DNA of 64,000 nucleotides from a virus: the IMG/VR virus record IMGVR_UViG_3300014325_000012, positions 39,453 to 103,452 of that record. One strand, 5' to 3'. Shown in pieces: positions 17,787 through 28,671 of the stretch. The translations under genes and the position numbers were made by a program. Below the pieces are notes generated by a model, which saw only the letters and a program-made list of their open reading frames with translations, ran no database searches and was not told the DNA's origin. Positions within the stretch are counted from its first letter, which is position 1. Each line of letters begins with the position of its first letter.

Positions 17787-19898
17787 ATGAGCACCTATTT
17801 TATTGACTTCCTAGGTGGAAATAATGGTAATACTGGACTTAGTTTTGCTCAACGCAAAAAGGACTTATCATCAATTTCTCCATCAGCTGGAGACACAGTA
17901 AGAATTATGGAGTCTGGTCCAGCTATAGATACTGGACTCACTTCTAATTGGACTAAAGGCAGTGGTATAATTACTGTTTCCTCATCCTTCTCCCAACGAA
18001 TAGATAGGTCGGCTTCTTGGACAGCAAGTACAAATGTTACTTATAGTACAGTCTCTAATAATAGGTCAGGAACTAGTCATCAATTTGCTATAAATGGCTC
18101 TTTTACCACAGGGTTAGCGGCATACATAACAACACCATCTTCTGATTATTCTCCTTACCAGCAGGTTACCTTTTGGATTAAGCCTAATGCTATAGTTGCA
18201 GCTAATAAATTACAAATCCAACTATGCTCAGATGCTGCAGGAGCTACTCCAGTAAATTCTTTGACAATTCCTGCTATGCCAGTAGCAAATTCTTGGTACC
18301 CTGTTACCATTGATAGTGGTAGTGCATTAGGGGCTTCTATAGGATCAGTTAATCTGACTGTATTAGTAAGTCTAGGCGGAGCAGTAACTTTAGAAATAGA
18401 TAGATCAGTTGTAGCCATAAGTTCCTCTGTAGATGCAATTAGCTATAACTCTCTCATAAGAGCTAGTAGTAATGATACTTGGTACGCAATTAAGGTAATA
18501 AGCGGAACAAGTATCACTATGGAGACGTGCCCTAATACAAGTACTAATTTTCAGGCGGTGTATGGAAATACTAATTTGACATCAGCAGAGTTATATAGAA
18601 GAGAGACTATTAAATTAACTCCTACTGGAGGTGCAGTTCAAAGTGTAACTTGGAGCGGATCTTCTGGTAGTCCTATTACTATATCCGGAGGATGGACTTC
18701 AGCTGGAATGGGTGTGCAGGACAGTGAAACATGGCTAGATGGACAAATAGGTCAAGGAGATGTTTGGTCTATAAGTGGAAATTATATTACTGTAGACAGA
18801 ATAGCAGGAATCAGGGGCAATAATAATATAAATACTACCGGATCTAACCTATCAGGAAATATATATAGTGTAAGCCATGGTTTTAATACTGGCTTAGCAG
18901 CTAGTGGAAATAATATAACTTTAACAAGCATTCGTGGAGGAGTAGGAATAGGTAGTGGTAGTGGGGCCGCTTGCTATTATTATGGAACAGACTACTTTAA
19001 TTGTGTCGATCTTCTAAGCATGAATTCTAATGCTAGTCAATCCATATATTTTACTAGTGGAGTAAAAGGATTTAATGTTACTGGTACTATAGAAGCAAAG
19101 TATAATCAAAGTTCTTATGGTATTTTGGTACAGTCAGGTGGTGGAAGATTAGGAACTGTCTATACTGATAGTAATCAAGGTATAGGATTGGCGTTATTCA
19201 ATACCACTGAAGTAATTATTGACTCTCTTACTACTACCAGCAACACAACCTATGGAGTAGAATTCAATAAAACTGTTCCTGTTCACATCAATAATTACAC
19301 TTCTAGCGGTAATAGTACAGCGTCTATGCATGTTGGAGTGAATGGCTTACAGGCTGAGTACTTTATAAACAATGCCACAATAGGAGAAAGTACCAAAGTT
19401 GTATATAACCCAATTGAAGGTACTGGTAGTGTATTTAATCAAAGAGTATATTCAAATAATGAAGGTGGAACAATAAATAATAATAAAGTATATACTGATG
19501 GTGGGAATATAGTAGTAGACACAGTAAATCCAGACGGAAGTGGATTAGATTATACGGTAAATATTACAGGTACGAATAGGACTTCTAATTACCCAATTAA
19601 AGTCAAAATCTCTGCCTTATTCTTTCAAGGTGGAAATTTATGTACTTTTACAGCTAGAGTAAAGAGGACATCTACTACGGCTATTTCCGCGAAACTATTG
19701 ATATATGCCAATACAGCACCTGGAGTTACTAGTGATGTTAGTGTTGATATTGATCAATTAAATACTAACTATAATACTTATAGTATGTCCTTTACGCCTA
19801 CTGGTAAGGGCGCTTGTTATGTATACTTACTTGTTTGGAGTGGAACTAGCACTACAGACAGCGTGAGATTTGCTAATCCTACGCTTACAGAAGCATAA
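17787..19898 (+). CDS. Tail spike/fibre with probable beta-helix and carbohydrate-binding-like domains
   Basis: YFIDFLGGNNGNTGLSFA N-terminal motif; Ser/Thr/Gly/Asn-rich; repeated N..YG[IV] units. Confidence 0.65.
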   Translation: MSTYFIDFLGGNNGNTGLSFAQRKKDLSSISPSAGDTVRIMESGPAIDTGLTSNWTKGSGIITVSSSFSQRIDRSASWTASTNVTYSTVSNNRSGTSHQFAINGSFTTGLAAYITTPSSDYSPYQQVTFWIKPNAIVAANKLQIQLCSDAAGATPVNSLTIPAMPVANSWYPVTIDSGSALGASIGSVNLTVLVSLGGAVTLEIDRSVVAISSSVDAISYNSLIRASSNDTWYAIKVISGTSITMETCPNTSTNFQAVYGNTNLTSAELYRRETIKLTPTGGAVQSVTWSGSSGSPITISGGWTSAGMGVQDSETWLDGQIGQGDVWSISGNYITVDRIAGIRGNNNINTTGSNLSGNIYSVSHGFNTGLAASGNNITLTSIRGGVGIGSGSGAACYYYGTDYFNCVDLLSMNSNASQSIYFTSGVKGFNVTGTIEAKYNQSSYGILVQSGGGRLGTVYTDSNQGIGLALFNTTEVIIDSLTTTSNTTYGVEFNKTVPVHINNYTSSGNSTASMHVGVNGLQAEYFINNATIGESTKVVYNPIEGTGSVFNQRVYSNNEGGTINNNKVYTDGGNIVVDTVNPDGSGLDYTVNITGTNRTSNYPIKVKISALFFQGGNLCTFTARVKRTSTTAISAKLLIYANTAPGVTSDVSVDIDQLNTNYNTYSMSFTPTGKGACYVYLLVWSGTSTTDSVRFANPTLTEA

Positions 19899-19908
19899 GG
19901 AGGTATAA

Positions 19909-22900
19909 ATGCCTCTTAATATTAACGTAGGAACAGCGCCGGAAGGTGTAGCCATCACTCCTGATGGAGCTTATGTATATGTCTGTAATTTTACTTCTAA
20001 CACCGTTTCAGTAATAAGTACGTCTACCAATACCGTAATAAAAACTATTGGAGTAGGAACACATCCTTTTGATATAAATATTAACTCAGCCGGTACATTT
20101 GCTTACGTAACTAATTCTTCCAGTAACACTGTATCGGTAATAAAAATTAGTACAAATACGGTTATTCATACGATAGCTGTAGGTAGCCAGCCTAGAGGTA
20201 TTGCATTAGATGCTGCTGGAACCTTTGGTTATACTGCTAACACCACTAGCAAAACTATATCAAAAATTAATTTATCTACAAACTCAGTCATTGCCTCTTA
20301 TAGTACTAGTGTAGCTCCTGTTGATATCACTGTTAGTGGATCTATTGGATGGGTTGCCCTGACTAACGGCACTGTAAAAGAAATTAATTTAAATGGTGGG
20401 GCAACAATAGCGACCATATCTCTGGGCGCTACACCTCTTCACATACTAAGAAATTCTCACAATGGGAAAATTTATGTAACCTCCACAACTTCTAATCAAT
20501 TACTCGTAATTACAGCGGCATCTGTATCGGCTACTATCTCTTTAACTAACCCACAAAATCTGGACATAGACCCAAGTGGTAATTATGTTTATGTTGCAAG
20601 AGCTTCTGGGGTAGTATCCATCTTAGATGTTGCCAGTAACACTCTTTTACCATATACTTATTCAGCCCACACATCCCCTCAAGCCGTGGTTTCTAAAAGT
20701 ATAAATGGTGGAGTAGCATTATATGTTTCCAATGCTTCAAGTAATGATGTTTCCTACATACAAGCAGTCACTCCAGTTGTAGCTATAACTGAGTATGCCA
20801 TTTCTACTGATTCTGTAACTGCTACTGTTAATCCAATACCTATAGGTAGTAATCCTTTAACCATAACTATGGACCCTACAGGTACCCAGGCATATGTAGC
20901 AAATGGTTCCGGTTCCCTAGCATCTGTATTTAATCTAACCAGCAATACTAATGCCAATACTGATTTTCCTGCTCACATGACTGGGAGTGCTCAGTTTGCT
21001 TTCTCTCAATCTACTGGTAAATTTTTCTTAGTTGGTGGATCAAGTATTAGTATCTATGCACCAGGATGGACAGGGATTGGATTATATGGTTACAATTTTG
21101 TGGGAATTGTATCAAACTCTACTGGATCAGGTCTATATGTCACAGTTAGTAATCAAACAGATATTGTTAAAATACACGCAAGTTCAAATACCCTTTCTCT
21201 TATTTCTACTCCAAGTTCACATCAAGCTATATGTACTAATAATGGTGCAACTTTTGCTTATGCCACTAGGACTTCTACAGGCGTCACTATAATAGATTTA
21301 TCTACTGACTTAGTGACTGGATTATTACCTACAGGAAATAACCCTATAGGAATTGCAATTAATCCCACCAACGCGTATGCTTATGTAGTTAATAGTGCGG
21401 ATAATACAGTCTCTGTAATTAGTTTAAGTTCTCAGACTATAATGAGTACTATTCCTGTAGGTAATGCCCCTTATGGTATAGCTATAAATCCTCAAGGTAC
21501 TTATGCATGTGTTAGTAACTCCTTAGACAATACTGTATCTATTATTAACTTAGTCACAAATACAATAGAGGGTGATCCCATACCTGTGGGAAGTTCACCC
21601 AAAGGCGTAATGATTAACTCAGACGGAAGTTTTGGATATTGTTGTAATAATGGAGAAAATAGTATTTCAGTATTTTCAATAAATACTGGAACTTTAATAG
21701 CAACAATCGAAATAGAAGAGTTCGTTAACTCAGAAGAGGATTGGTCATTTGTATCACCAATTGATGGTGGAATTGATGATTTGACTATAGGTTTAGAGGC
21801 TCTTCCTTTTGGACATATGGTGGGTAAGACAGGTACTAATCCTTTTGATTTAAGTTATGCACCCCAAGCTTTGCCAGAATTAGCCTCTACTACTTCTGAA
21901 GTTCCCATATCCTTAGTAGCCCTAGTCAGTTCTACAGAATATGTAATATCCACAGACCTTGTAGAGACTAGGGATTTCGCTCCCACAGGAGCTCCAGAAA
22001 CTGGAGATGTATTAGATTTAGCTACATTTATAATTAATCTATCTATAACTGAGACCATACATTCAACTGAATCCGTACTAGTTAATGACATAACTCCTGT
22101 CATTGATTATTCAGGAATTAGGATCGCTATAGGTACCTATAAAGCAGAAGATAATGGTGTACGTATTGCAATTGGGGAGTATAGATCGGATAACTCTGGG
22201 ATTGATATAGAGATAGATGATAATAATATATCGCCCGTGACAGATTTATTTAGTTTAGTTAATCCTTATGAACCCACAGTTTATATAGGAGGCACCTCAA
22301 TAGTAACTAATCCCTCCACTGATCCAGGAGGTACTCAGGTACAGAATACAGATGTATACATCCATTGGCTAAGTACAGGAGTAGATGGCAATGATTGGAC
22401 TGAGTTGTATAATTTTAACTTTACTTTAAATTACTATGACGGTAGTTTTTCCATAGTCTCTAAAAGACCTCCTAACGTATCTAGTATTAATTACGCAACC
22501 CCTTATGTAAATATTGCAAATACTTATATTAACCCTACAGTGACTTATGGATCAATAGCACAAACTCCCATTGACCCAGTTGCTCAAGCTCACTTAGGGA
22601 AACAAGTAGATGTATTTGGGTTTACAGGAACAATAATTGATTTCGGAGCAGGCATCTCAGATTCTCAAGCAGCTTATATTAGTAGTGGTACTTTTGGTAA
22701 CCCTTTAATGCATAGGCAGTTAAATTTACTTATGCCTGCATCTGGCTTACAGAGTATGTTGGCCTCTAACCAAACATTGAATCCACTTACAGGAGTACCT
22801 GCTGGTGATTCTGCCAGTATGGCGAAATCCTTAGCTAATATTACTCACTCTACTTTAATTTGGGGAATACAGAATGTACCACTACAAAACAACTTTAAAA

Positions 22901-23919
22901 TAGATGGACTAACTGCTCAGCAGGCTATAAGTTCCTTAGCTTCTATAGCTGGAGGAGTATTAAGGTGGGATGGTAATAGTAAGTATGTAATAGCTTATCC
23001 AGATCAATACTATGGTGTATTTACTATTCCGGATGCCAAGTTATTAACTTCAGCCGGCGCTTCTTATTCATTCCACTATGACCTAGAAACTGGGCTAAGT
23101 GGTACGGGAATGGTACTGTTTCCTGTCTTAGGTAGTAGTAATAAATTTGCTGCCTTAGCTAATCCTGCTAAGAGTAATGGAAGTTTGCCAGCTCTTCAAA
23201 GAGTAGGAAAGGTAGCCAAAGTATTAACAACAGATGACCCACCTGAAATATTTGATCTCCCTTACAACTATGATAAAGTCTATATTCAGACTTTAATTGG
23301 AGAGGGTGGAGATACTAGTGGTCAAATACCTGCATCTGTAAGGAACTTCATGACTAAAGATCCAGAGGAGTGGTTCGAATTTAATATATCCAAATTATCT
23401 CTCGGTAACGATTCTTATGTCTTTAATGCTTACCTAGGAGATCAGTATATTCCTCAAGTAAAAGTTGATGCTAATTTATTTACTCCTTCTGGTACTAATA
23501 CATCTATTGATAATAATAATTTTGTAATGAATTTGGCTTGTAGTACCAAGGATTTGGCTCAGCTATTTGATAACGCTAAAAATAATATGAATGAGACTAT
23601 TTCCTCAGCTATTAATCCAGTTAAATTTATTAAGACATACTCAGGATCAATAACATTCCAATTTTATGGTGCAATTCCACTACCAGGAGAATGGGCTTCT
23701 GTAACTATTCCCGGAGGTGCAACTTGTATTTCTTATAATAATTCAGGTATTCCAACTATTGACACGATTCCAGTAAATGGTGGAGATTTTGTAGTTCAGG
23801 GTATAATAGAAGAAGTTCAATTTACTTTCCCAGGATTAGTTACTCTAAGCTTAGCTCAATATTTAAGAGTAAATTATTTGGAAAACTATCTACCGGCTAT
23901 AAGTACCATAAGTCACTAG
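19909..23919 (+). CDS. Tail protein with N-terminal YVTN/YncE beta-propeller repeats and C-terminal hub-like region
   Basis: Many repeats of VG..P.GIAI.P.G..AYV.NS..NTVSVI in aa 1-600; AISSLASIAGGVLRWDG in the C-terminal region. Confidence 0.85.
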   Translation: MPLNINVGTAPEGVAITPDGAYVYVCNFTSNTVSVISTSTNTVIKTIGVGTHPFDININSAGTFAYVTNSSSNTVSVIKISTNTVIHTIAVGSQPRGIALDAAGTFGYTANTTSKTISKINLSTNSVIASYSTSVAPVDITVSGSIGWVALTNGTVKEINLNGGATIATISLGATPLHILRNSHNGKIYVTSTTSNQLLVITAASVSATISLTNPQNLDIDPSGNYVYVARASGVVSILDVASNTLLPYTYSAHTSPQAVVSKSINGGVALYVSNASSNDVSYIQAVTPVVAITEYAISTDSVTATVNPIPIGSNPLTITMDPTGTQAYVANGSGSLASVFNLTSNTNANTDFPAHMTGSAQFAFSQSTGKFFLVGGSSISIYAPGWTGIGLYGYNFVGIVSNSTGSGLYVTVSNQTDIVKIHASSNTLSLISTPSSHQAICTNNGATFAYATRTSTGVTIIDLSTDLVTGLLPTGNNPIGIAINPTNAYAYVVNSADNTVSVISLSSQTIMSTIPVGNAPYGIAINPQGTYACVSNSLDNTVSIINLVTNTIEGDPIPVGSSPKGVMINSDGSFGYCCNNGENSISVFSINTGTLIATIEIEEFVNSEEDWSFVSPIDGGIDDLTIGLEALPFGHMVGKTGTNPFDLSYAPQALPELASTTSEVPISLVALVSSTEYVISTDLVETRDFAPTGAPETGDVLDLATFIINLSITETIHSTESVLVNDITPVIDYSGIRIAIGTYKAEDNGVRIAIGEYRSDNSGIDIEIDDNNISPVTDLFSLVNPYEPTVYIGGTSIVTNPSTDPGGTQVQNTDVYIHWLSTGVDGNDWTELYNFNFTLNYYDGSFSIVSKRPPNVSSINYATPYVNIANTYINPTVTYGSIAQTPIDPVAQAHLGKQVDVFGFTGTIIDFGAGISDSQAAYISSGTFGNPLMHRQLNLLMPASGLQSMLASNQTLNPLTGVPAGDSASMAKSLANITHSTLIWGIQNVPLQNNFKIDGLTAQQAISSLASIAGGVLRWDGNSKYVIAYPDQYYGVFTIPDAKLLTSAGASYSFHYDLETGLSGTGMVLFPVLGSSNKFAALANPAKSNGSLPALQRVGKVAKVLTTDDPPEIFDLPYNYDKVYIQTLIGEGGDTSGQIPASVRNFMTKDPEEWFEFNISKLSLGNDSYVFNAYLGDQYIPQVKVDANLFTPSGTNTSIDNNNFVMNLACSTKDLAQLFDNAKNNMNETISSAINPVKFIKTYSGSITFQFYGAIPLPGEWASVTIPGGATCISYNNSGIPTIDTIPVNGGDFVVQGIIEEVQFTFPGLVTLSLAQYLRVNYLENYLPAISTISH

Positions 23920-23928
23920 GAGAAAATT

Positions 23929-24183
23929 ATGAGTCTTAGAAATAGGGTCGAATCTTTGGCAAGAGAAACTGCCATACAGACAGCTATGAGGTTAACATAT
24001 ACTAGGTATCAGCAGCAAGTAAATAATAACTCTTCCATAGGTAAAGTAATTAAAGCCGAAGGGGTTAATTTAACAGTGGATATGGGAGATGGAACTACTA
24101 AAACTGTTGTTGCTAGTGGAACTACTAGTGTAGGACAAGGATCGGTAGGTTTAGTGATAAATGGAATATTTCTTAATCCTTAG
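23929..24183 (+). CDS. Small tail protein (possible OB-fold/spike)
   Basis: IGKVIKAEGVNLTVD; position in tail module. Confidence 0.45.
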   Translation: MSLRNRVESLARETAIQTAMRLTYTRYQQQVNNNSSIGKVIKAEGVNLTVDMGDGTTKTVVASGTTSVGQGSVGLVINGIFLNP

Positions 24184-24190
24184 GTAGATT

Positions 24191-25966
24191 ATGGGTGGTA
24201 AGGGCGGAGATTTTGTACGTAGAGTAGCAGCACAGTCTGTTAGATCTATTATTGACCAATATAACACACTAACTACTGATTCTAGTGGAGGAGAATGGTT
24301 TATAGGTAAAGTATCGGCTGATAAGACTAAAATTCAAGATCCTGCCGGAATAACATATAAACTTAAATTTACTGGGCAGGTTCAACAATATACCTTAGCA
24401 AGAAGACTGACTCCTACTTTAGCTCTAGCTATTGGAACAGCCCCTCTTAATCAATTAAATGTGGAAGGTGGAATAAAGGCTTACTTAATTGAGTATGATT
24501 CAATTGCCGATAAATACTACGTTAAAAATTTAATTAGTGATACATTGTACTTTTTAGATGCTTATACCATATCTGGTGTAGTTACTGGTGTAGGAACTAT
24601 AAATACTATTAGATTTTTTCCAGACGGCAAAAACATACTGGTTGGTGGAGGTGTGCAGGATTCAAATGGAGACTTTGTTGCACAGTGGGGCATACTTAAG
24701 GCTTTTTCTTTAGGAAATGATGACAGTAATAATCCTGTAGTTAAGGGAACGATTTTAGCAGGAACTAAAACAATAACCTATACAGACTTAGGATTCGGGA
24801 CTCCTTCAGATCCTGGAGATCCCGCCCTAGCATTCTTTTCTCATCTTACTGGAAATTCTACTAGTGGGCCCTCTTACACTTTTGACCAGTTTTGGTCTAG
24901 GGATACAGACAAGGAAGATATCCTAACTGCTGTTTTGGGAGGACTTACCGTAAACACACACTCTATATCAGCCATGGACTATGTTCCCCAAATTGATAGT
25001 AATGGAGAGTTAAAAGTACAACTGTTAGGAAGTTGGAATAGTACATTTGAGAGGAGAGCTTGTATAAAAATTGACCAAGAAGTAATCGCAGGTGCTCCTT
25101 TATTTGAAACTGACAATGCAAGTTATGGGGCGTTCTCTTTAGTTGGGGGATTCTATGAGAGAACTATAACAGTATCTTCTGTAACTTCTGGAGGATCTGC
25201 AACTACTCCACACACAGAAAACTTGGGAACTATAGGACCAGACTATCCAACTGATGGTTTTAGTAATGGGACTTTTGGACCAGGGGTATACAATTTTTAT
25301 GGAAATGGGTTCTTGTCTGGAGGTGGTGTGGGTAACTTCTTTTACTCTCCTACAACTCTCTTGAATCAAAATAAGATTAAAGGTATATTTGCTGTTAGTG
25401 ATATAGCTAGCTCTTCTGTGACTGTCGCTGTCCAAACACAAAGTAGGATTGTAGGACCAGTAGCGAATAATCATATAGTCATCAGTACTGTCGTGGGCGG
25501 CTTAATTCCAGCATCAGGAGATAGGATTAGCTATAGTTATGTGGTTAATGGTACACCGGACGAAGCTCATACACCGGTGTTTACTAGAACAGATGGACCT
25601 GGATTAATGCCTATAGGATTTAAAAATAAGGCAGGATTAGAAGTAGCGCTGACCACGGACTCCACTCCGGAGTATTTTGAAATGGAACCGTTTACTAATC
25701 AAAATAGAACACTGACTAGCTTACCAGTGGCTTTATCTGGTGCACATGATTACTACACATCGGACTTAAGTAGTTTTAATGACGCCTCTGGACTTAAGGC
25801 GCTAGATTCTGAGTCTTTTGTAGCTATTATATTCCCTAATGGGCCTTCGGCACCTGAAGTCACCCTTCAAAATTATTCCACTAGTCCAACTATTAAGGGT
25901 GGTCCCAGTCTTAAAGGTAAGAAAAACACATCCCTTACGCTTATTGATTGGATCATAAGAAAATAA
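24191..25966 (+). CDS. Virion/tail structural protein
   Basis: 591 aa, Gly/Ser/Thr-rich; last gene of the tail module. Confidence 0.55.
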   Translation: MGGKGGDFVRRVAAQSVRSIIDQYNTLTTDSSGGEWFIGKVSADKTKIQDPAGITYKLKFTGQVQQYTLARRLTPTLALAIGTAPLNQLNVEGGIKAYLIEYDSIADKYYVKNLISDTLYFLDAYTISGVVTGVGTINTIRFFPDGKNILVGGGVQDSNGDFVAQWGILKAFSLGNDDSNNPVVKGTILAGTKTITYTDLGFGTPSDPGDPALAFFSHLTGNSTSGPSYTFDQFWSRDTDKEDILTAVLGGLTVNTHSISAMDYVPQIDSNGELKVQLLGSWNSTFERRACIKIDQEVIAGAPLFETDNASYGAFSLVGGFYERTITVSSVTSGGSATTPHTENLGTIGPDYPTDGFSNGTFGPGVYNFYGNGFLSGGGVGNFFYSPTTLLNQNKIKGIFAVSDIASSSVTVAVQTQSRIVGPVANNHIVISTVVGGLIPASGDRISYSYVVNGTPDEAHTPVFTRTDGPGLMPIGFKNKAGLEVALTTDSTPEYFEMEPFTNQNRTLTSLPVALSGAHDYYTSDLSSFNDASGLKALDSESFVAIIFPNGPSAPEVTLQNYSTSPTIKGGPSLKGKKNTSLTLIDWIIRK

Positions 25967-26030
25967 TTAATGTATCTCTAAGGGAACTGATCCTATAGTA
26001 ATATAACAGTATTGCTATGGAGATAACTAT

Positions 26031-26765
26031 ATGACGAAATGGACAGGTTGGGTACCGCAATGCTCCTCAGAATCTAATTTACCACCTTTAACTATGGTAG
26101 GTATAAATAAAGTTTATTTATCGGGAAGAATGACAGGAGTGGAAAATCATAATTTTCCAGCCTTTCATGAGGCCACAAGGAAATTAAGGAATATGGGATT
26201 TACAGTATTTAATCCTGCTGAAACCGATAATGGGGATACTTCGCAATCTTGGGAATATTATATGAAAATAGATGTCCAAGAAGTTGCTAAAAGTGATGCA
26301 GTGGTAGTCCTGCCTGGATGGGAGGATTCTAGAGGAGCAAGAGAAGAGGTAAAGCTTGCAGATCTATTAAAGATACCCGTCTTTAGTTATCCTGATTACC
26401 GTAAACTAGAGTTTCCGACCTTATATATGGTTCCCAAACAAACTAAGGACACTGGAGCTATTAAACATGACGCATCTAAACTCCGTATGGATCTAATACC
26501 TATGTCTGCTATTGTAGGACTAGCTGAGGTTCTTACCTTCGGTGCAAATAAATACAATGACCGCAATTGGGAGAAAGGATTCCCTTGGTCTAGAGTTTAC
26601 TCCGCTCTACTTAGACACTTATTTGCGTGGTTTTCTGGGGAAACTAATGATAAAGAGACGGGATATAATCATCTATTTCACGTACTTTGCAATACTGCAT
26701 TTCTAATTGAGTTCGCTACAACCCATCCAGAACTAGATGATAGACCAGTAGGAAATAATAAATGA
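26031..26765 (+). CDS. Fusion of DUF4406 (nucleoside deoxyribosyltransferase-like) and DUF5664 dATP/dGTP diphosphohydrolase domains
   Basis: N-terminal VYLSGRMTG..NFPAF..NPAE..LPGWEDSRGAREE; C-terminal KHDASKLRMDLIP..LTFGANKY..RNWEKG..RHL..GE..DKETG..HL.H. Confidence 0.85.
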   Translation: MTKWTGWVPQCSSESNLPPLTMVGINKVYLSGRMTGVENHNFPAFHEATRKLRNMGFTVFNPAETDNGDTSQSWEYYMKIDVQEVAKSDAVVVLPGWEDSRGAREEVKLADLLKIPVFSYPDYRKLEFPTLYMVPKQTKDTGAIKHDASKLRMDLIPMSAIVGLAEVLTFGANKYNDRNWEKGFPWSRVYSALLRHLFAWFSGETNDKETGYNHLFHVLCNTAFLIEFATTHPELDDRPVGNNK

Positions 26766-26976
26766 AAGACTTAATAATAGGTATATTACTTGGTATATTT
26801 ATAGCAGGGACGTCTGCAGGGGCCGTAGAGATAGCATTCAGTAAGATTACAGTCCAAGATATGTATAGAGGGTTTGCTATAGCTGGATTATTGGCTAGTA
26901 ATAGAAATTATGGGATAGAGGGTACAATAGCGGCGGCGGTAAATTATGCAGATGCACTATATGCAAGGAGAGATAA

Positions 26977-27282
26977 ATGAAGATCAAGCCATTAAGGGAT
27001 AGAGTATTAGTTAAAAAAGACGAGGCAGAGGATACTTATAAAGGGACTAGTATTGTACTTCCAGACCAATTAAAAGAAAAGCCACAAACTGGTGAAGTTA
27101 TAGCAGTAGGACCAGGGCTAGTTAACCTATATGGAACCTACATAGGAACGACACTATCCCCTGGGGATAAGATTCTATTCCCCAAACATTGTGGAGTGGA
27201 TTTGAAAAGCCTAGAGGATGGTCTATTTATAGTACCAGAGGCAGACGTACTTGGGATTATAGAGCCTGAAACGGTTGACTAG
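26977..27282 (+). CDS. groES: Co-chaperonin GroES
   Basis: MKIKPLRDRVLVK, IVLPD..KEKPQTGEVIAVGPG, GDKILF and DVLGII motifs. Confidence 0.95.
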   Translation: MKIKPLRDRVLVKKDEAEDTYKGTSIVLPDQLKEKPQTGEVIAVGPGLVNLYGTYIGTTLSPGDKILFPKHCGVDLKSLEDGLFIVPEADVLGIIEPETVD

Positions 27283-27570
27283 TATAATTAAAGTAGTCTG
27301 TTAGAACTCATGATTAGAAGGAGAAGAACATGTCTGGAGTTAATGGAGATGGAACGGCCGTAGACCTCAATACGATTCAAAAGAGGATTGGTAGGCTCAA
27401 GAGGTTTCTAAGGTTGAATGATATGGACAGTGCCCATGCTCTATCCACTACAATTCTAGCTAATCTCACAGCTCAAAATGTGACTATTCAAGCAGCGAAT
27501 GATGTAGTGGATCTACCAAAAGATCCTGTACTACCTATCAGGGACGCTCAGAATCAAACAAGCTAAAGGT

Positions 27571-27603
27571 AAGGGGCTATTAAATAAAGCCCCTTAATTA
27601 TTT
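27571..27603 (+). terminator. Intrinsic terminator-like hairpin
   Basis: AAGGGGCT-attaaataa-AGCCCCTT followed by an AT/T-rich tract. Confidence 0.55.
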
Positions 27604-27859
27604 ATGGATAAAAATAAACAATTACTTAATAAAGCAAAATTACTAATAGCTATAGGTACACAAGTCAAACCCAATGTGGAGCTAGATAGACTTACTAGCA
27701 AGGCTTTGGATGATCTAACTATAGCAGTAATTAATTTGGAGCATAACCTAGATGAACCTTTTGTAATGTCTGATGAGGAGATTGCAAGAGTTTTAACTCT
27801 CTCAAAGATGTACTGTATTAACACAATAATGGTTTCCCAGGAGGGAATATCTAAATAAT

Positions 27860-28072
27860 ATGAGACAACACTTTCATTTAACTAGAAAAGAAGACGTTAG
27901 TGGGGTAAGTGGAGTAGGAATAGTTGCGGAAGGAGAGGTCTTCTCGACTGGAGAAGTAGCAATACATTGGATCTCTGGACCTATACATAGTACAACTGTA
28001 TATAGAAGTATAGACGAAGTAATAAAAGTTCATGGGCATGAAGGTAGAACAATCATTGAGTGGGAGTCATAG
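27860..28072 (+). CDS. Conserved small phage protein
   Basis: F.L.R.EDVSGVSG.G.VAEG..F..G....W pattern recognised from phage hypothetical proteins. Confidence 0.7.
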   Translation: MRQHFHLTRKEDVSGVSGVGIVAEGEVFSTGEVAIHWISGPIHSTTVYRSIDEVIKVHGHEGRTIIEWES

Positions 28073-28671
28073 TATGTTATCTAGGGATAAACAAAGCTAC
28101 AATATTTACGATAGCTTTGCTGTGACTAAACAGTCAATTATAAATTTAGAATTAGAACAATCTCTTAAAGTAGGTCCGGGTGATATAATAATTTCAATGC
28201 CTGAATTAAAGGCATTTCTTATCATAGATGGTAAGGATTATGATCAAAGGTTTGAAACAATAAGAGATGAGAGATAATGCCAGTTCAATTAAGACCCACA
28301 CAACAATGGTATAACATTCTCCAAACCATGTCACTAGATGGCTGGCTATGGAAAATTTCCAATAACGACCCTATAGATTCTCGTGATGTCCAAAGCACTT
28401 ACTGTACTTTCTGGAAATATATTAATGGAAGATATGTAGGTGCCTTTTCTCGTAAAGATGCTGGAGACGAGGATACAGCTGTAAGGGAAGCCGCCCAAAG
28501 GGCCCTTCAAGAAGAAAATAGAACACTACAGGGACTATAAATGTATTTCATAGCACTTCTCATACTAATTAATATTGGTCTTCTACTGTATTGGAGACAC
28601 GAATGTAATAGGGGTGTGCATGACGCCCATGTGGAGAATTGTAGGGCTTACTTGGAAGATATGTTTAGATT

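Noticed and set aside
9655-25474. Minus-strand and alternative-frame ORFs inside the tape measure and tail genes
   Set aside because: Shadow ORFs of long coding genes, without RBSs or recognisable motifs.
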